Shown here piece by piece: positions 15,703 to 25,026 of a stretch of DNA of 64,000 nt. The DNA comes from an uncultured Ignavibacteriota bacterium (GTDB lineage: Bacteria > Bacteroidota > Ignavibacteria > Palsa-1295), in NCBI GenBank assembly GCA_903900335.1, contig CAIUMP010000021.1, positions 44,075 through 108,074 of the forward strand, given 5' to 3'. The notes below the pieces were generated by a model that was not told the DNA's origin, made no database searches, and was given only the letters and a program-made list of their open reading frames with translations. The position numbers were made by a program, and so were the translations under genes. Within the stretch, counting starts at the first letter, position 1. Each line of letters begins with the position of its first letter.

Positions 15703-18444
15703 ATGCTGTTTCGCTCGTTCATACTCTTCCTGTTTTTGCTGATAGAACCCGTGGTTTCGCACGGTCAGTTACTCAATCTATACGAGCGGGTTACTGATCC
15801 GCGTGCGATAGCAAGGCTTTCCGGTCCGGACACCGCACGAACAAAATCCGTCTGTTTCCACGGTGATCCGGCCTGGATGGGCACCGACACACTAGACCGT
15901 TACGGTCTCATCGCCGAAGATACGGGAAGCGGGATCATTACACACGTGTGGAGCACAGGCGCCGTAGCAGACACTGCCTGCACAGTTAAGCTGTACATTG
16001 ACGACACGCTCCGATTCAAAGACACATACAACGCCTTGTTTCGTGGAGGGAGTCACGGGGTATTGTGCCCCCCATTAGATACCCTTGCGAATGGCGCAAC
16101 CACCTGGGACCTGCAAATCCCTTTCCATCATGGGTTCAAGTTTACGGCGCTTACCTCCAATCCAAATCTCTATTTCTGTACAGAATGGCACGCTGCTCCG
16201 CAAGGGACAGTACCGAGTCTGGATATTACATCAGCCAACGCTCCTCAGCCGCAATTGCGCTATGCGGAAGTTGCGTTGGTACGCCCCAGTTCCCCCTGGA
16301 ACGGCCCGTTTGCTGCGTCGCTAGCCCGTCTGGACACACTCAGGCCAAGGAATTCGCTGAGCGTTGCGGAGATAGACGGGCCAAAGATGCTGGAGATCCT
16401 TCGATTTCAGCCAGCGTCGTACGAATTTGCAGATCTCGATAGCACGTGGCTCAATATCTACTGGGACCACTCGCCAACGCCTTCAGTCCACGTTCCGTTG
16501 AAGGACTTCTTCCTTTCTCCGGTTGCCGTGACTTCCGTTCGGTCTTTCCAACTCAAAGCAGATCGGGACTCCGGGTTTGTGTGCTACTTTCCGATGCCAT
16601 TCCGAGATCATGCTTCGATTGAGTTGGTCCGTAACGGATCCACGCCACTCGCAATTCGCACGATGATCCAGTGCAATCCGGAGTCGATCGATAGAAATGT
16701 CTATGGGTACTTCCACGCGGATTTTCACGAGTCCAATCCGACGCAATACCACATTTATCATCCTGTAATTCACACCGTAGGCCGCGGCCGCTATATTGGG
16801 ATGGGATTCGGCGTGATGGCTCAACCCTATGCTGTTTTCCTCGAGGGCGCTCCCATCTTCAATGTAGATTCTGTTCAGGAATTCCAAACGCTCTACACAG
16901 GCGGGGAAGACTATTTCGATGGAGGCTGGTGGTTTCCCAACGGTCCCTTCACGCTTCCGTTTGCGGGTTATACCCACTTCATAGATCAATTCTACCGTTT
17001 CCACTATCTCGATTGCTACGAATTTTACTCGTCTTTTGACATGGATCTTAAGCCAGGCCGTAACCTCGACGTGTACGATCATTACCGAACGGTAGGCTAT
17101 TACTACCAGCACTGGACACCCTTCTGGGCAAGTCGAGACACCATTATTGCTGGCGAGAATTGGACTGTGGACGGGGCCGGGTACGGAAACAAGCAATCGC
17201 TCGTCCTTACACTCAGTCGGAGTGGTGCTTCGGACACGATCCTTTTACAGACCACCACGGATGTGAGTGGACGCTTCCATCTATCACTCCAGGTTCCGCC
17301 GAGCTGGAAGCCGGGCGTTTATACGCTTAGCGTAAAGGGAGAAACCTCACCGAACAAATTCTTTGTACTTGGCAAACCCGCAATTCGTCCCGTTGTGGAT
17401 TACCATCCAATCGTTCTTCGGGCCGGCGATTCACTCCTGGTCATAGGCACAGGCTTCGTGCCTGGGGAGCACGTTTCTTTCTATCTCGACAGTATACCGC
17501 TAAGCCAGTCCACGGTTGCTGACTCTGCCAGTGAGATTCGTTTAACGCTTCGGATGCCGTATCTTGCGGATCATGCTTATCTATTGGTTGCGCGCGGAGA
17601 TCGATCTGGAAATAGCACGGCGGAAGAGCGTGTTTCGTTGACACGCACGCTCAACTTCGAGTTCGAGGATCTGATGCCGCCAACCTACAAAACTCCGGGT
17701 CAATGTTATGCTGAAGATGTTGCGTACTTCTGGGAGGCACAGTGGAGCAAGCAGATGTTCGTCTATTTCAAGCCTGACACGGTCTTCAGCGGCGCCACAC
17801 TCGAGTTCGCGTTTCGCCTTTCCCATCCCGATACCTTCGCAATCGAGTTTCACCACAGCACGAGCCGCGATCTTGGTGAGTACGCCGTGATAATCGACGG
17901 GGAGGCGGTCGGACAGATTGGTGATGGTCACCCCGATCCGGACTTGGATCCTTTGCCCTCCGGCCCAATCCCCCTCGGTGTGCATTTCCTTGACTCCGGT
18001 CTGCATCACATTCGATTCACGTGCACAGGTAAAGCCGACACGGCTAAGAATTACTGGCTTGAGCCTGATAACCTGATCTTGCGTCCAACGACTACTCTTG
18101 CACCCGCTCCGGGGACACTTCACCGAACGGATTTGCATAACTCCAGTCCTCCGCGTGCAGTGCAGATCTTTCCGAACCCGACGCATAACCGGTCTGCAAT
18201 GATAACATTCAGCCTTGGCGAGGTGGACACTCCGCTTCGGAACGGTAAGGTAGTTGCCCGTCTGGATGACGAAGTTGGTCGGACTTATTCTATTCAGCTT
18301 ACCGGCAGCCTGATAGACGGAGGTTTTACTGGATCGTGCTCACTTGTGGGGGTTCCTCCGGGTACATTTTTTGTCAGTCTAGTGGTTGCGGGAGAGACCG
18401 GAGAAGTTATTCAATTGCCGATGGTGCCGCTGGTTGTAGAGTGA
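15703..18444 (+). CDS. Secreted DUF2961 (GH172-like) protein with Ig-like/CBM-like modules and T9SS-type C-terminal domain
   Basis: Signal peptide; IYWD..PSVHVPLKDFF, CYFPMPF, GYFHA, GRGRYIG, FLEG..TGGEDYF; C-terminal VQIFPNP ... PGTFFV. Confidence 0.8.
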   Translation: MLFRSFILFLFLLIEPVVSHGQLLNLYERVTDPRAIARLSGPDTARTKSVCFHGDPAWMGTDTLDRYGLIAEDTGSGIITHVWSTGAVADTACTVKLYIDDTLRFKDTYNALFRGGSHGVLCPPLDTLANGATTWDLQIPFHHGFKFTALTSNPNLYFCTEWHAAPQGTVPSLDITSANAPQPQLRYAEVALVRPSSPWNGPFAASLARLDTLRPRNSLSVAEIDGPKMLEILRFQPASYEFADLDSTWLNIYWDHSPTPSVHVPLKDFFLSPVAVTSVRSFQLKADRDSGFVCYFPMPFRDHASIELVRNGSTPLAIRTMIQCNPESIDRNVYGYFHADFHESNPTQYHIYHPVIHTVGRGRYIGMGFGVMAQPYAVFLEGAPIFNVDSVQEFQTLYTGGEDYFDGGWWFPNGPFTLPFAGYTHFIDQFYRFHYLDCYEFYSSFDMDLKPGRNLDVYDHYRTVGYYYQHWTPFWASRDTIIAGENWTVDGAGYGNKQSLVLTLSRSGASDTILLQTTTDVSGRFHLSLQVPPSWKPGVYTLSVKGETSPNKFFVLGKPAIRPVVDYHPIVLRAGDSLLVIGTGFVPGEHVSFYLDSIPLSQSTVADSASEIRLTLRMPYLADHAYLLVARGDRSGNSTAEERVSLTRTLNFEFEDLMPPTYKTPGQCYAEDVAYFWEAQWSKQMFVYFKPDTVFSGATLEFAFRLSHPDTFAIEFHHSTSRDLGEYAVIIDGEAVGQIGDGHPDPDLDPLPSGPIPLGVHFLDSGLHHIRFTCTGKADTAKNYWLEPDNLILRPTTTLAPAPGTLHRTDLHNSSPPRAVQIFPNPTHNRSAMITFSLGEVDTPLRNGKVVARLDDEVGRTYSIQLTGSLIDGGFTGSCSLVGVPPGTFFVSLVVAGETGEVIQLPMVPLVVE

Positions 18445-18483
18445 CAGAAGATCACCCAAACGCTCAGTCTAACAAAATAAAGG

Positions 18484-18515
18484 AACCCCCTTCAAGTACA
18501 AACTTGAAGGGGGTT
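18484..18515. terminator. Intrinsic terminator hairpin between convergent genes
   Basis: AACCCCCTTCAAGT-acaa-ACTTGAAGGGGGTT, a perfect 14-bp stem with A/T-rich flanks. Confidence 0.8.
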
Positions 18516-18619
18516 TCGCTACTTCCTCAGAATCACGGTGAAGAGAAAAGACCAATTCACTTGTGGTGACTCAGAGTACTATTGTGTCCTGTTCCACTTT
18601 GTACGATCGGATTGGATGC

Positions 18620-19201
18620 CTACTTGGCTGCGAACTCGCTGCCGAGCTGATGGCTGAGCTCAGATATGATCGAGGCTAAAGTCTGCTCGTCAAGGTTTTC
18701 GACAGCGCTAGTGACACTCTTGGCGGCAATGGGTCTGCTGGCTGAGCCGACGCCACTGAATAGCGGCACCAGCGCGACTTTGATACTAAGGATTCCACCA
18801 ATCGGTCTGCGCTCGAAATTCACGCGCGCTTGCAAGATGTGTTCTTGCGTCAAGGAATGCACACCGGCGGCGATAAGATTCGCGGAGATGCACACGGTTT
18901 GACCTCGAAGCAGTTTCTCGGTAGAGCCAATCAGCTTCGTCGCTACTTCGTTGGAGGTGATGCCACCAAGCTGTTCTCCGATTGCGCCGCGTATGGAGCT
19001 CTGGGTGATAGATCTCACCTCTTCAAAGCTCATTGGAGGAGTCGTTACGTTCGACGCCTGAAATTCATAAGAAGTCGGCACGTCGGCCTGCTGTGACTGC
19101 GGCGATGCGGGTTGCGCGTTCGCTATCCGCACAAATCCGAGCGTTGCGACTATGGCTAATGCACGGATCATCGTCCTGGGGGAGGGGATAATCGAATTCA
19201 T
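18620..19201 (-). CDS. Hypothetical exported protein
   Basis: 193 aa ORF with a signal-peptide-like N-terminus ending ANA-Q. A Gln after the cleavage site is typical of Bacteroidota exported proteins. Confidence 0.65.
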   Translation of the reverse strand: MNSIIPSPRTMIRALAIVATLGFVRIANAQPASPQSQQADVPTSYEFQASNVTTPPMSFEEVRSITQSSIRGAIGEQLGGITSNEVATKLIGSTEKLLRGQTVCISANLIAAGVHSLTQEHILQARVNFERRPIGGILSIKVALVPLFSGVGSASRPIAAKSVTSAVENLDEQTLASIISELSHQLGSEFAAK

Positions 19202-19612
19202 GGGCTTACTGGCTAAACTATAATCGGCATTTTGGCTAAACTACCGGCAAACTTGCTGTTGAGACTCACCTGCGAGCTCCTGGCAATGGTAGGTGGATCG
19301 GCAAAAATGATCCACTCAAACCTCGTACTCTAAAGACACGATTTGGGCTAGTATTAGTGCAGGAAAATCAGGAAATTGCACTGAAATCGTAGAGAATTGC
19401 AAATATCTGCTCTTCATTTTGGGACATGCGTACAAGCTTGCTACAAGGCATTTCGTCAGAATTCTTAATTCAAGGCGACCAATTCTGTCACTTCCGATTT
19501 ATGCACGTCGCATACTTCATCTGTACAGAAACGTGACATATTGTGGACCGAATTGCAAAGTGAAAAAGGAAGAAAAATTTCACCAACGCACACTTGCCAA
19601 TTACCAGGGAGG

Positions 19613-19620
19613 TATCTTTG
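19613..19620 (+). promoter_or_regulatory. Bacteroidota-type -7 promoter element 5 nt upstream of a GTG start
   Basis: ggTATCTTTG-tgcaa-GTG(19626). Confidence 0.5.
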
Positions 19621-19625
19621 TGCAA

Positions 19626-21218
19626 GTGAAATCCCACGAATTCCAAACCACTGCTTATCTTTTCGAAGCTCCCTGGCACTTCGCCTTTGCGATAACGGGT
19701 GCCTTAATGCTTCTTGCGACGCTGTTCTATCCGTTCGGCTATGATCAAGCAGTCTTCAGCGTCGGAGGCGAGATGATCATCAAGCACCTCGCTATCCCAT
19801 ACCGTGATTTCGTTGATACGAAGCCACCGGTGATCTTTTACCTTTACGCGACTGCACTGTGGCTCTTCGGGCATCACGAATGGTCGATCCGCATATTCGA
19901 TCTCTTGTTTCAGCTGCTCTCCTCTTTCTACTTCTACCGAATTCTCCGACGCGCGATCGATGGGAAGTTTGCGCTTGCCACAGTTTCGATTGTAGCGATG
20001 ATCTATGCAGGCTCAGGCTTCTGGCACACGGCGCAGGCCGAGAGTTTCGCTTATTTGCCTTCGCTCTTGCTGCTGGACATGGCCCTGCTCGTTCAGTTGA
20101 AACCGAGTAGGGCGTTCTGGTGGGGATCTATCGCGGGTGGTGCAGCGATTATCTTGTTCCTATTGAAGTTCACACTTGTGCTCGGGGCGGCGGCGACAGC
20201 AGTCTTCTTGCTTTTTGAGCGGGACCGCAAGATTGGGGAAGCATTAAGGTTCATTGCCGGGATGGTCGCTTCCTTTCTGGCGCTTGCAGTTGTCATTGGG
20301 TTTGCTTTACAGAGAGCTGGGGCGCTCGCTCCGTTTTTTGAAGCGATGCGCTGGACGGTACAGTACGCGTCCATCACGTCTGTCACAACGGGAGCGTCGC
20401 TTGTCCAGCAGGTACTCCTTCTGTTTCCGGAGAGGTTCATGTATTGCACATCACCAACAGTCCTCTTGCTTGGGGTCTGGGGAATCTGGAACTGGATCAT
20501 CGGAGGTCGTGCTGGTGAAGCACATCCGATACTCAAGTTGCTTGCTGTGACACTTCTCTTTCAGCTCACGGGAATTGTGCTAGAGCGGAAGATCGTGTTC
20601 GATTATCAGTATGCCAGGGCCTTGTGGGCCTTTGTCCCGTTTGCAATATTAGGCGGACTGGAACTGGCACGACAGATCAAAGGAAGGGGGCCTCACAAAT
20701 GGATAGTCGGAGTTCTGGTTCTGGTGGCTATTGCAGCTTCGCCAATGGTCAGAATGTATACACAATCTCTTGCGTGGGCGAAGGTAGCATCTACTCACCA
20801 GGATGCCGGGCTCGAAGTACACAAAAGGATCGGAGATTACTTTGCGGATGAGCAGCGCGCAGTTGGGGAGTATCTTCAGTTACACATGTTCGATACCGAA
20901 AGGCTGTTCTTCTGGGGCAACGATGTCGGTGTGTATTGGTACGCTCGGAAGCTTCCCCCAACAATCTGCCTCACGGCAACGCCGCTCCGAACAGCCTTCA
21001 CCCCGCGAGAATGGCGGGGCAGAATGATGCGCCAACTCATAGAAGCGAATCCAAAGTACGTAGTCGTAGAATTTGGTGACGCGAAGGAGTATATCACGGG
21101 CAGCAAAGCAGATTCATATCAATCTCTGCAGCAATGGAGTGCTCTTGCCACGTACGTGGAAGCAGGATATGCCCGAGACACAGTAATAGGGCATTATCTA
21201 ATGTATCGACGCCGGTAA
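19626..21218 (+). CDS. GT-C fold membrane glycosyltransferase (ArnT/PMT_2, family 39-like)
   Basis: YDQAVF, PYRDFVDTKPPVIFYLY, AQAESF, LLK and many TM helices. The start is uncertain (GTG 19620 or 19626); the track's TTG 19419 extension looks spurious. Confidence 0.8.
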   Translation: MKSHEFQTTAYLFEAPWHFAFAITGALMLLATLFYPFGYDQAVFSVGGEMIIKHLAIPYRDFVDTKPPVIFYLYATALWLFGHHEWSIRIFDLLFQLLSSFYFYRILRRAIDGKFALATVSIVAMIYAGSGFWHTAQAESFAYLPSLLLLDMALLVQLKPSRAFWWGSIAGGAAIILFLLKFTLVLGAAATAVFLLFERDRKIGEALRFIAGMVASFLALAVVIGFALQRAGALAPFFEAMRWTVQYASITSVTTGASLVQQVLLLFPERFMYCTSPTVLLLGVWGIWNWIIGGRAGEAHPILKLLAVTLLFQLTGIVLERKIVFDYQYARALWAFVPFAILGGLELARQIKGRGPHKWIVGVLVLVAIAASPMVRMYTQSLAWAKVASTHQDAGLEVHKRIGDYFADEQRAVGEYLQLHMFDTERLFFWGNDVGVYWYARKLPPTICLTATPLRTAFTPREWRGRMMRQLIEANPKYVVVEFGDAKEYITGSKADSYQSLQQWSALATYVEAGYARDTVIGHYLMYRRR

Positions 21219-21233
21219 GACGGCACCATTTCC

Positions 21234-22256
21234 TTACGCTGCCGTCCTCAAAATCTTTTCGCACAGATCCTCGAATGACATCCCCGCGGCCTTCGCCGCA
21301 TCCGGCACAAGGCTCGTCGAAGTCATGCCCGGGAGAGTGTTGATCTCTAAGCAGAAGAATTTACCGTCCGGGCGAAGGCGATAGTCAATACGAGCGCATC
21401 CACGGCAACCAACAACGTGAAATGCCCGCAGCGCGTCAGCTTGGATGGCTGCTGTGAGTTCGCTCGGGAGGTCGGCTGGACAGGCGTGGAAGCTCATTCC
21501 CGTGGTGTACTTGTGGAAGTAATCGTAGAATCCACCGTTGGTCGTGATTTCAACGATTGGTAACACTTCGCCATCGAGCACAGCAACCGTCAGTTCGCGG
21601 CCAGCTATGAACTCTTCGATGAGTGCTTTCGGAGAATAGAGCAGCGCGAGATCAATCGCCTTGTTGAAGGCATCCTCGGCAGGGTCGTGAAGAATGGTAA
21701 GTCCAACCGTCGAGCCCTGATCGTTCGGCTTCACCACCATCGGGAATCCAAACTCGGCCTTTGTTAACTCATACGCCGCGTGGCGATCCTGCTGGTTTGT
21801 ATCAAGCGCGACAATTGCTCCCCGTGGGACAGCAATGCCAGCATCTTTCAGTATGATCTTCGTGTAATGTTTGTCAATACAGATAGCGCTTGTTCTCGAA
21901 TCTGAACCCGTGTAAGGTTTGCCCAGAAGTTCGAGCACGGATTGAATGATACCATCCTCACCCGGCACGCCGTGGAGCCCGAGCACGATGGCATCCGACT
22001 CCGCAATGGTGCTCGACATCAGGCTTTCGAGCACAATATTGCCCTGCGAGAAATTGCCGACCTGTTCGCTGGTTGGTGGCTCTGTGCTCGGGGGATCAGC
22101 CTGAAAGTCCTCAAGGCGCATAGCGCGGCCCGTTGCGGGGTCAAGCAGTGTTACGTCGTGACCGTTGCTCACGAGAGCGCGGGCCATTGCGGAACCGGAG
22201 ATCAATGATACTTCACGTTCGGCGCTGGGGCCGCCTAGTAATACGCACAATTTCAT
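21234..22256 (-). CDS. ddl: D-alanine--D-alanine ligase
   Basis: GGPSAEREVSL, LHGVPGEDG, VVKPNDQGSTVG, FYDYFHKY, LEINTLPGMT. Confidence 0.96.
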   Translation of the reverse strand: MKLCVLLGGPSAEREVSLISGSAMARALVSNGHDVTLLDPATGRAMRLEDFQADPPSTEPPTSEQVGNFSQGNIVLESLMSSTIAESDAIVLGLHGVPGEDGIIQSVLELLGKPYTGSDSRTSAICIDKHYTKIILKDAGIAVPRGAIVALDTNQQDRHAAYELTKAEFGFPMVVKPNDQGSTVGLTILHDPAEDAFNKAIDLALLYSPKALIEEFIAGRELTVAVLDGEVLPIVEITTNGGFYDYFHKYTTGMSFHACPADLPSELTAAIQADALRAFHVVGCRGCARIDYRLRPDGKFFCLEINTLPGMTSTSLVPDAAKAAGMSFEDLCEKILRTAA

Positions 22257-22259
22257 AGA

Positions 22260-24875
22260 CTATCCGACTACAATATTTACCAACTTATCTGGCACTACAA
22301 TAACCTTCTTTATCTCCTTGCCATCCGTATGCCTTATCACACTAGCACTGGCGCGCGCGAATTGCTCTAGATCTTCGCGGGAAAGTCCGCGTGGTACTTC
22401 GAGCTTATCGCGCAGCTTGCCGTTAACTTGCAGGATAAGAGTGACCACGTCGTCCACAGTCTTCGCTTCATCGAAGGACGGCCACTTCGCATTGAAGATG
22501 GAGTCTTCGTGTCCCAGTCGTTGCCACAATTCCTCTGTAATGTGCGGAGCAAAGGGTGAAAGCATCTTGAGCAGAGCCTCAAAAACGTAGATGGGAATCC
22601 CTGCTTTCTCGTCGGCGATCGCGTTCATCAGGATCATGAGCGCGCTGATCGCTGTGTTGAGGCGCAATGCGTCAATGTCTTCGGTAACCTTCTTGATGGC
22701 CTGATGGAGCGCACGTTCAAGCGCTGGCGATGCAGAGGCATTTGCCAAACGAGAGAGATCCGTGACCCCTTCTTCTGTTGCTGCCAATCGCCACACGCGA
22801 TTGAGAAATCGGTGTACGCCGTTGATACCTTGCGAGTCCCACGGTTTGGTACCTTCGAGCGGCCCTAAGAAGAGAATGTACGTGCGAACCGTGTCTGCGC
22901 CGTACCTTGATAGGAATTCGTCTGGGTTGACGATGTTGCCAAGCGACTTCGACATCTTCACTCCATTCTCACCCAAGATCATCCCCTGATGGAATGCGCG
23001 GACGAATGGCTCACGTGTAGAGACAACGCCGAGATCGAATAAGAACTGATGCCAGAAGCGAGCGTACAGCCAATGGGTGACAGCGTGTTCCGAACCGCCG
23101 ATATAGAGATCGACGGGCATCCAGTACTGCTCATCTGCTTTTGATACGGCCTCGTGGTCGTTGTGGGGATCGAGATAGCGCAAATAATACCAGGACGATC
23201 CCGCCCATTGTGGCATCGTATTCGTTTCGCGGCGCGCGGGATGGCCTGTGGTTGGGTCAGTAGTGTTGACCCATTCCGATATGGTTGCGAGTGGTGACTC
23301 ACCGGTGCCGGAAGGTGAATAGCTCTCGACCTGAGGCAACATTACAGGCAGCAATTTCTCCGGTAATGCCTTCGCATAATCACCGTCGCCATCATTGACA
23401 AAAATGATCGGGAAGGGCTCACCCCAATAGCGTTGGCGCGAAAAGAGCCAGTCGCGGAGCTTGTACTTGATCGAGCGATTGCCTAATCCAGTCGCTTCCA
23501 GCCACTCGATCATCTTAGATTTGGCTTGCGTGGTAGGCATATCCGAAAAGAAGCCTGAGTTCACGGCGACCCCGTGTTCGGTAAAGGGCCGTATCAGCGG
23601 TTCGTTTGCATCCACGCCGGGTGCCTGAACCACTCGAATGATTGGTAATCCAAAGGCCTGCGCAAATTCAAAGTCGCGTTCGTCGTGACCGGGCACAGAC
23701 ATGATCGCTCCGGTGCCGTAGGTCATGAGCACATAGTCGGCGATCCAGATCGGTATCGGCTGACTGGTTGCTGGATTGATCGCATATGCACCAGTAAAAA
23801 CGCCGGTCTTCGCACGAGATAGGTCGACTCGCTCGATGTCGCTCTTCCGGCGCACGTCGTCAACGTATTGCTCGACGCTTGATTGCTTGTCCTGAGTTGT
23901 AATTCTCGCCACGAGCGGATGCTCTGGAGCTAGGACCATGTACGTTGCACCGAAGAGGGTGTCCGGGCGAGTAGTGAATACGCGAATGTTCTCCCCATGA
24001 CCTGCGATAGCAAAATCTATCTCCGCACCCTCGCTGCGGCCAATCCAGTTACGCTGCATTTCGATCGTGCTTTCGGGCCAGTCAAGCTGATCCATCCCTT
24101 GCAGCAAACGTTCGGCGTAGGTTGTGATCCGCAGCATCCACTGCCGCATGTTGCGGCGAACAACGGTGAAGCCCTTCTCTTCCTGCTCCGGGACTTCCTC
24201 GTTTGCCAGCACCGTGCCAAGCTCCGGGCACCAGTTTACAGGCGCTTCAGCGATATATGCTAAGCGGCAATTCGCCAGAAAATCCGCGCGTTGCTTGTTC
24301 GAGGCGTGGTGCCACTCTTCAGCGCTGTAGTGGCGAGGTTTGCCAGCGGTTGCGCATGGCAGACCTTGCGTGCCGTGGGACTCAATGAGACGGACAAGCC
24401 CGTCAATCGGCTTCGCCTTCTGCTCAGCGGTGTCGAAATAAGAGCCGTAGAACTGCAGGAAGATCCACTGTGTCCACTTAAAGTAGCTCGGATCGGTGGT
24501 ATTGATCTCGCGGCTCCAATCGTACCCATATCCAAGCGCTTCAAGCTGCCGCTTGAAGTTCGCGATATTCTGAGCGGTGGTGATGCTCGGGTGCAGTTTG
24601 TTCTTGACGGCATACTGCTCGGCGGGCAGACCGAAGGCGTCCCAGCCGGTGGTGCGGAGTGTGTTGAAGCCCTGCATACGCTTGAAGCGCATCGTTACGT
24701 CCGTAGCGGTGTAGCTCAGTGGATGCCCGATGTGCAGTCCCGCGCCCGAGGGATACGGGAACATCTCCATCACGAAATACTTCGGCTTGGATGGATCGCG
24801 TTGAACACGGTATAACTCGCTGGCGCGCCAGGCGTCCTGCCATTTGAGTTCGATTTCGGAAAAGGGGTATGGCAA
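22260..24875 (-). CDS. leuS: Leucine--tRNA ligase
   Basis: MFPYPSGAGLHIGH, GWDAFGLPAE, VFTTRPDTLFGAT, DWLFSRQRYWGEP, KMSKS. TTG start. Confidence 0.98.
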   Translation of the reverse strand: MPYPFSEIELKWQDAWRASELYRVQRDPSKPKYFVMEMFPYPSGAGLHIGHPLSYTATDVTMRFKRMQGFNTLRTTGWDAFGLPAEQYAVKNKLHPSITTAQNIANFKRQLEALGYGYDWSREINTTDPSYFKWTQWIFLQFYGSYFDTAEQKAKPIDGLVRLIESHGTQGLPCATAGKPRHYSAEEWHHASNKQRADFLANCRLAYIAEAPVNWCPELGTVLANEEVPEQEEKGFTVVRRNMRQWMLRITTYAERLLQGMDQLDWPESTIEMQRNWIGRSEGAEIDFAIAGHGENIRVFTTRPDTLFGATYMVLAPEHPLVARITTQDKQSSVEQYVDDVRRKSDIERVDLSRAKTGVFTGAYAINPATSQPIPIWIADYVLMTYGTGAIMSVPGHDERDFEFAQAFGLPIIRVVQAPGVDANEPLIRPFTEHGVAVNSGFFSDMPTTQAKSKMIEWLEATGLGNRSIKYKLRDWLFSRQRYWGEPFPIIFVNDGDGDYAKALPEKLLPVMLPQVESYSPSGTGESPLATISEWVNTTDPTTGHPARRETNTMPQWAGSSWYYLRYLDPHNDHEAVSKADEQYWMPVDLYIGGSEHAVTHWLYARFWHQFLFDLGVVSTREPFVRAFHQGMILGENGVKMSKSLGNIVNPDEFLSRYGADTVRTYILFLGPLEGTKPWDSQGINGVHRFLNRVWRLAATEEGVTDLSRLANASASPALERALHQAIKKVTEDIDALRLNTAISALMILMNAIADEKAGIPIYVFEALLKMLSPFAPHITEELWQRLGHEDSIFNAKWPSFDEAKTVDDVVTLILQVNGKLRDKLEVPRGLSREDLEQFARASASVIRHTDGKEIKKVIVVPDKLVNIVVG

Positions 24876-25026
24876 TGGAAGTTCGGTAATAATGAAATAC
24901 TGCGAAAGAGCTATGCCGATTTACGCGGTTTAGTTTCTGTTCTCTTTAGGTCGGCGTTGGAATTGTCGTGATGCGATTCAAAAGCGGTATATTCGCACTC
25001 ATTCTTTCACAGATGGAGGCCTCCTC

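Noticed and set aside
15532-15762. 77-aa N-terminal extension of GatB in the ORF track
   Set aside because: It overlaps the divergent DUF2961 gene start. GatB homology begins at MNPKLLEKY, and a promoter-like element sits right before that ATG.
19419-19625. N-terminal extension of the GT-C protein from TTG 19419
   Set aside because: AT-rich, intergenic-looking sequence with no membrane-protein character. A better start lies at GTG 19620/19626.
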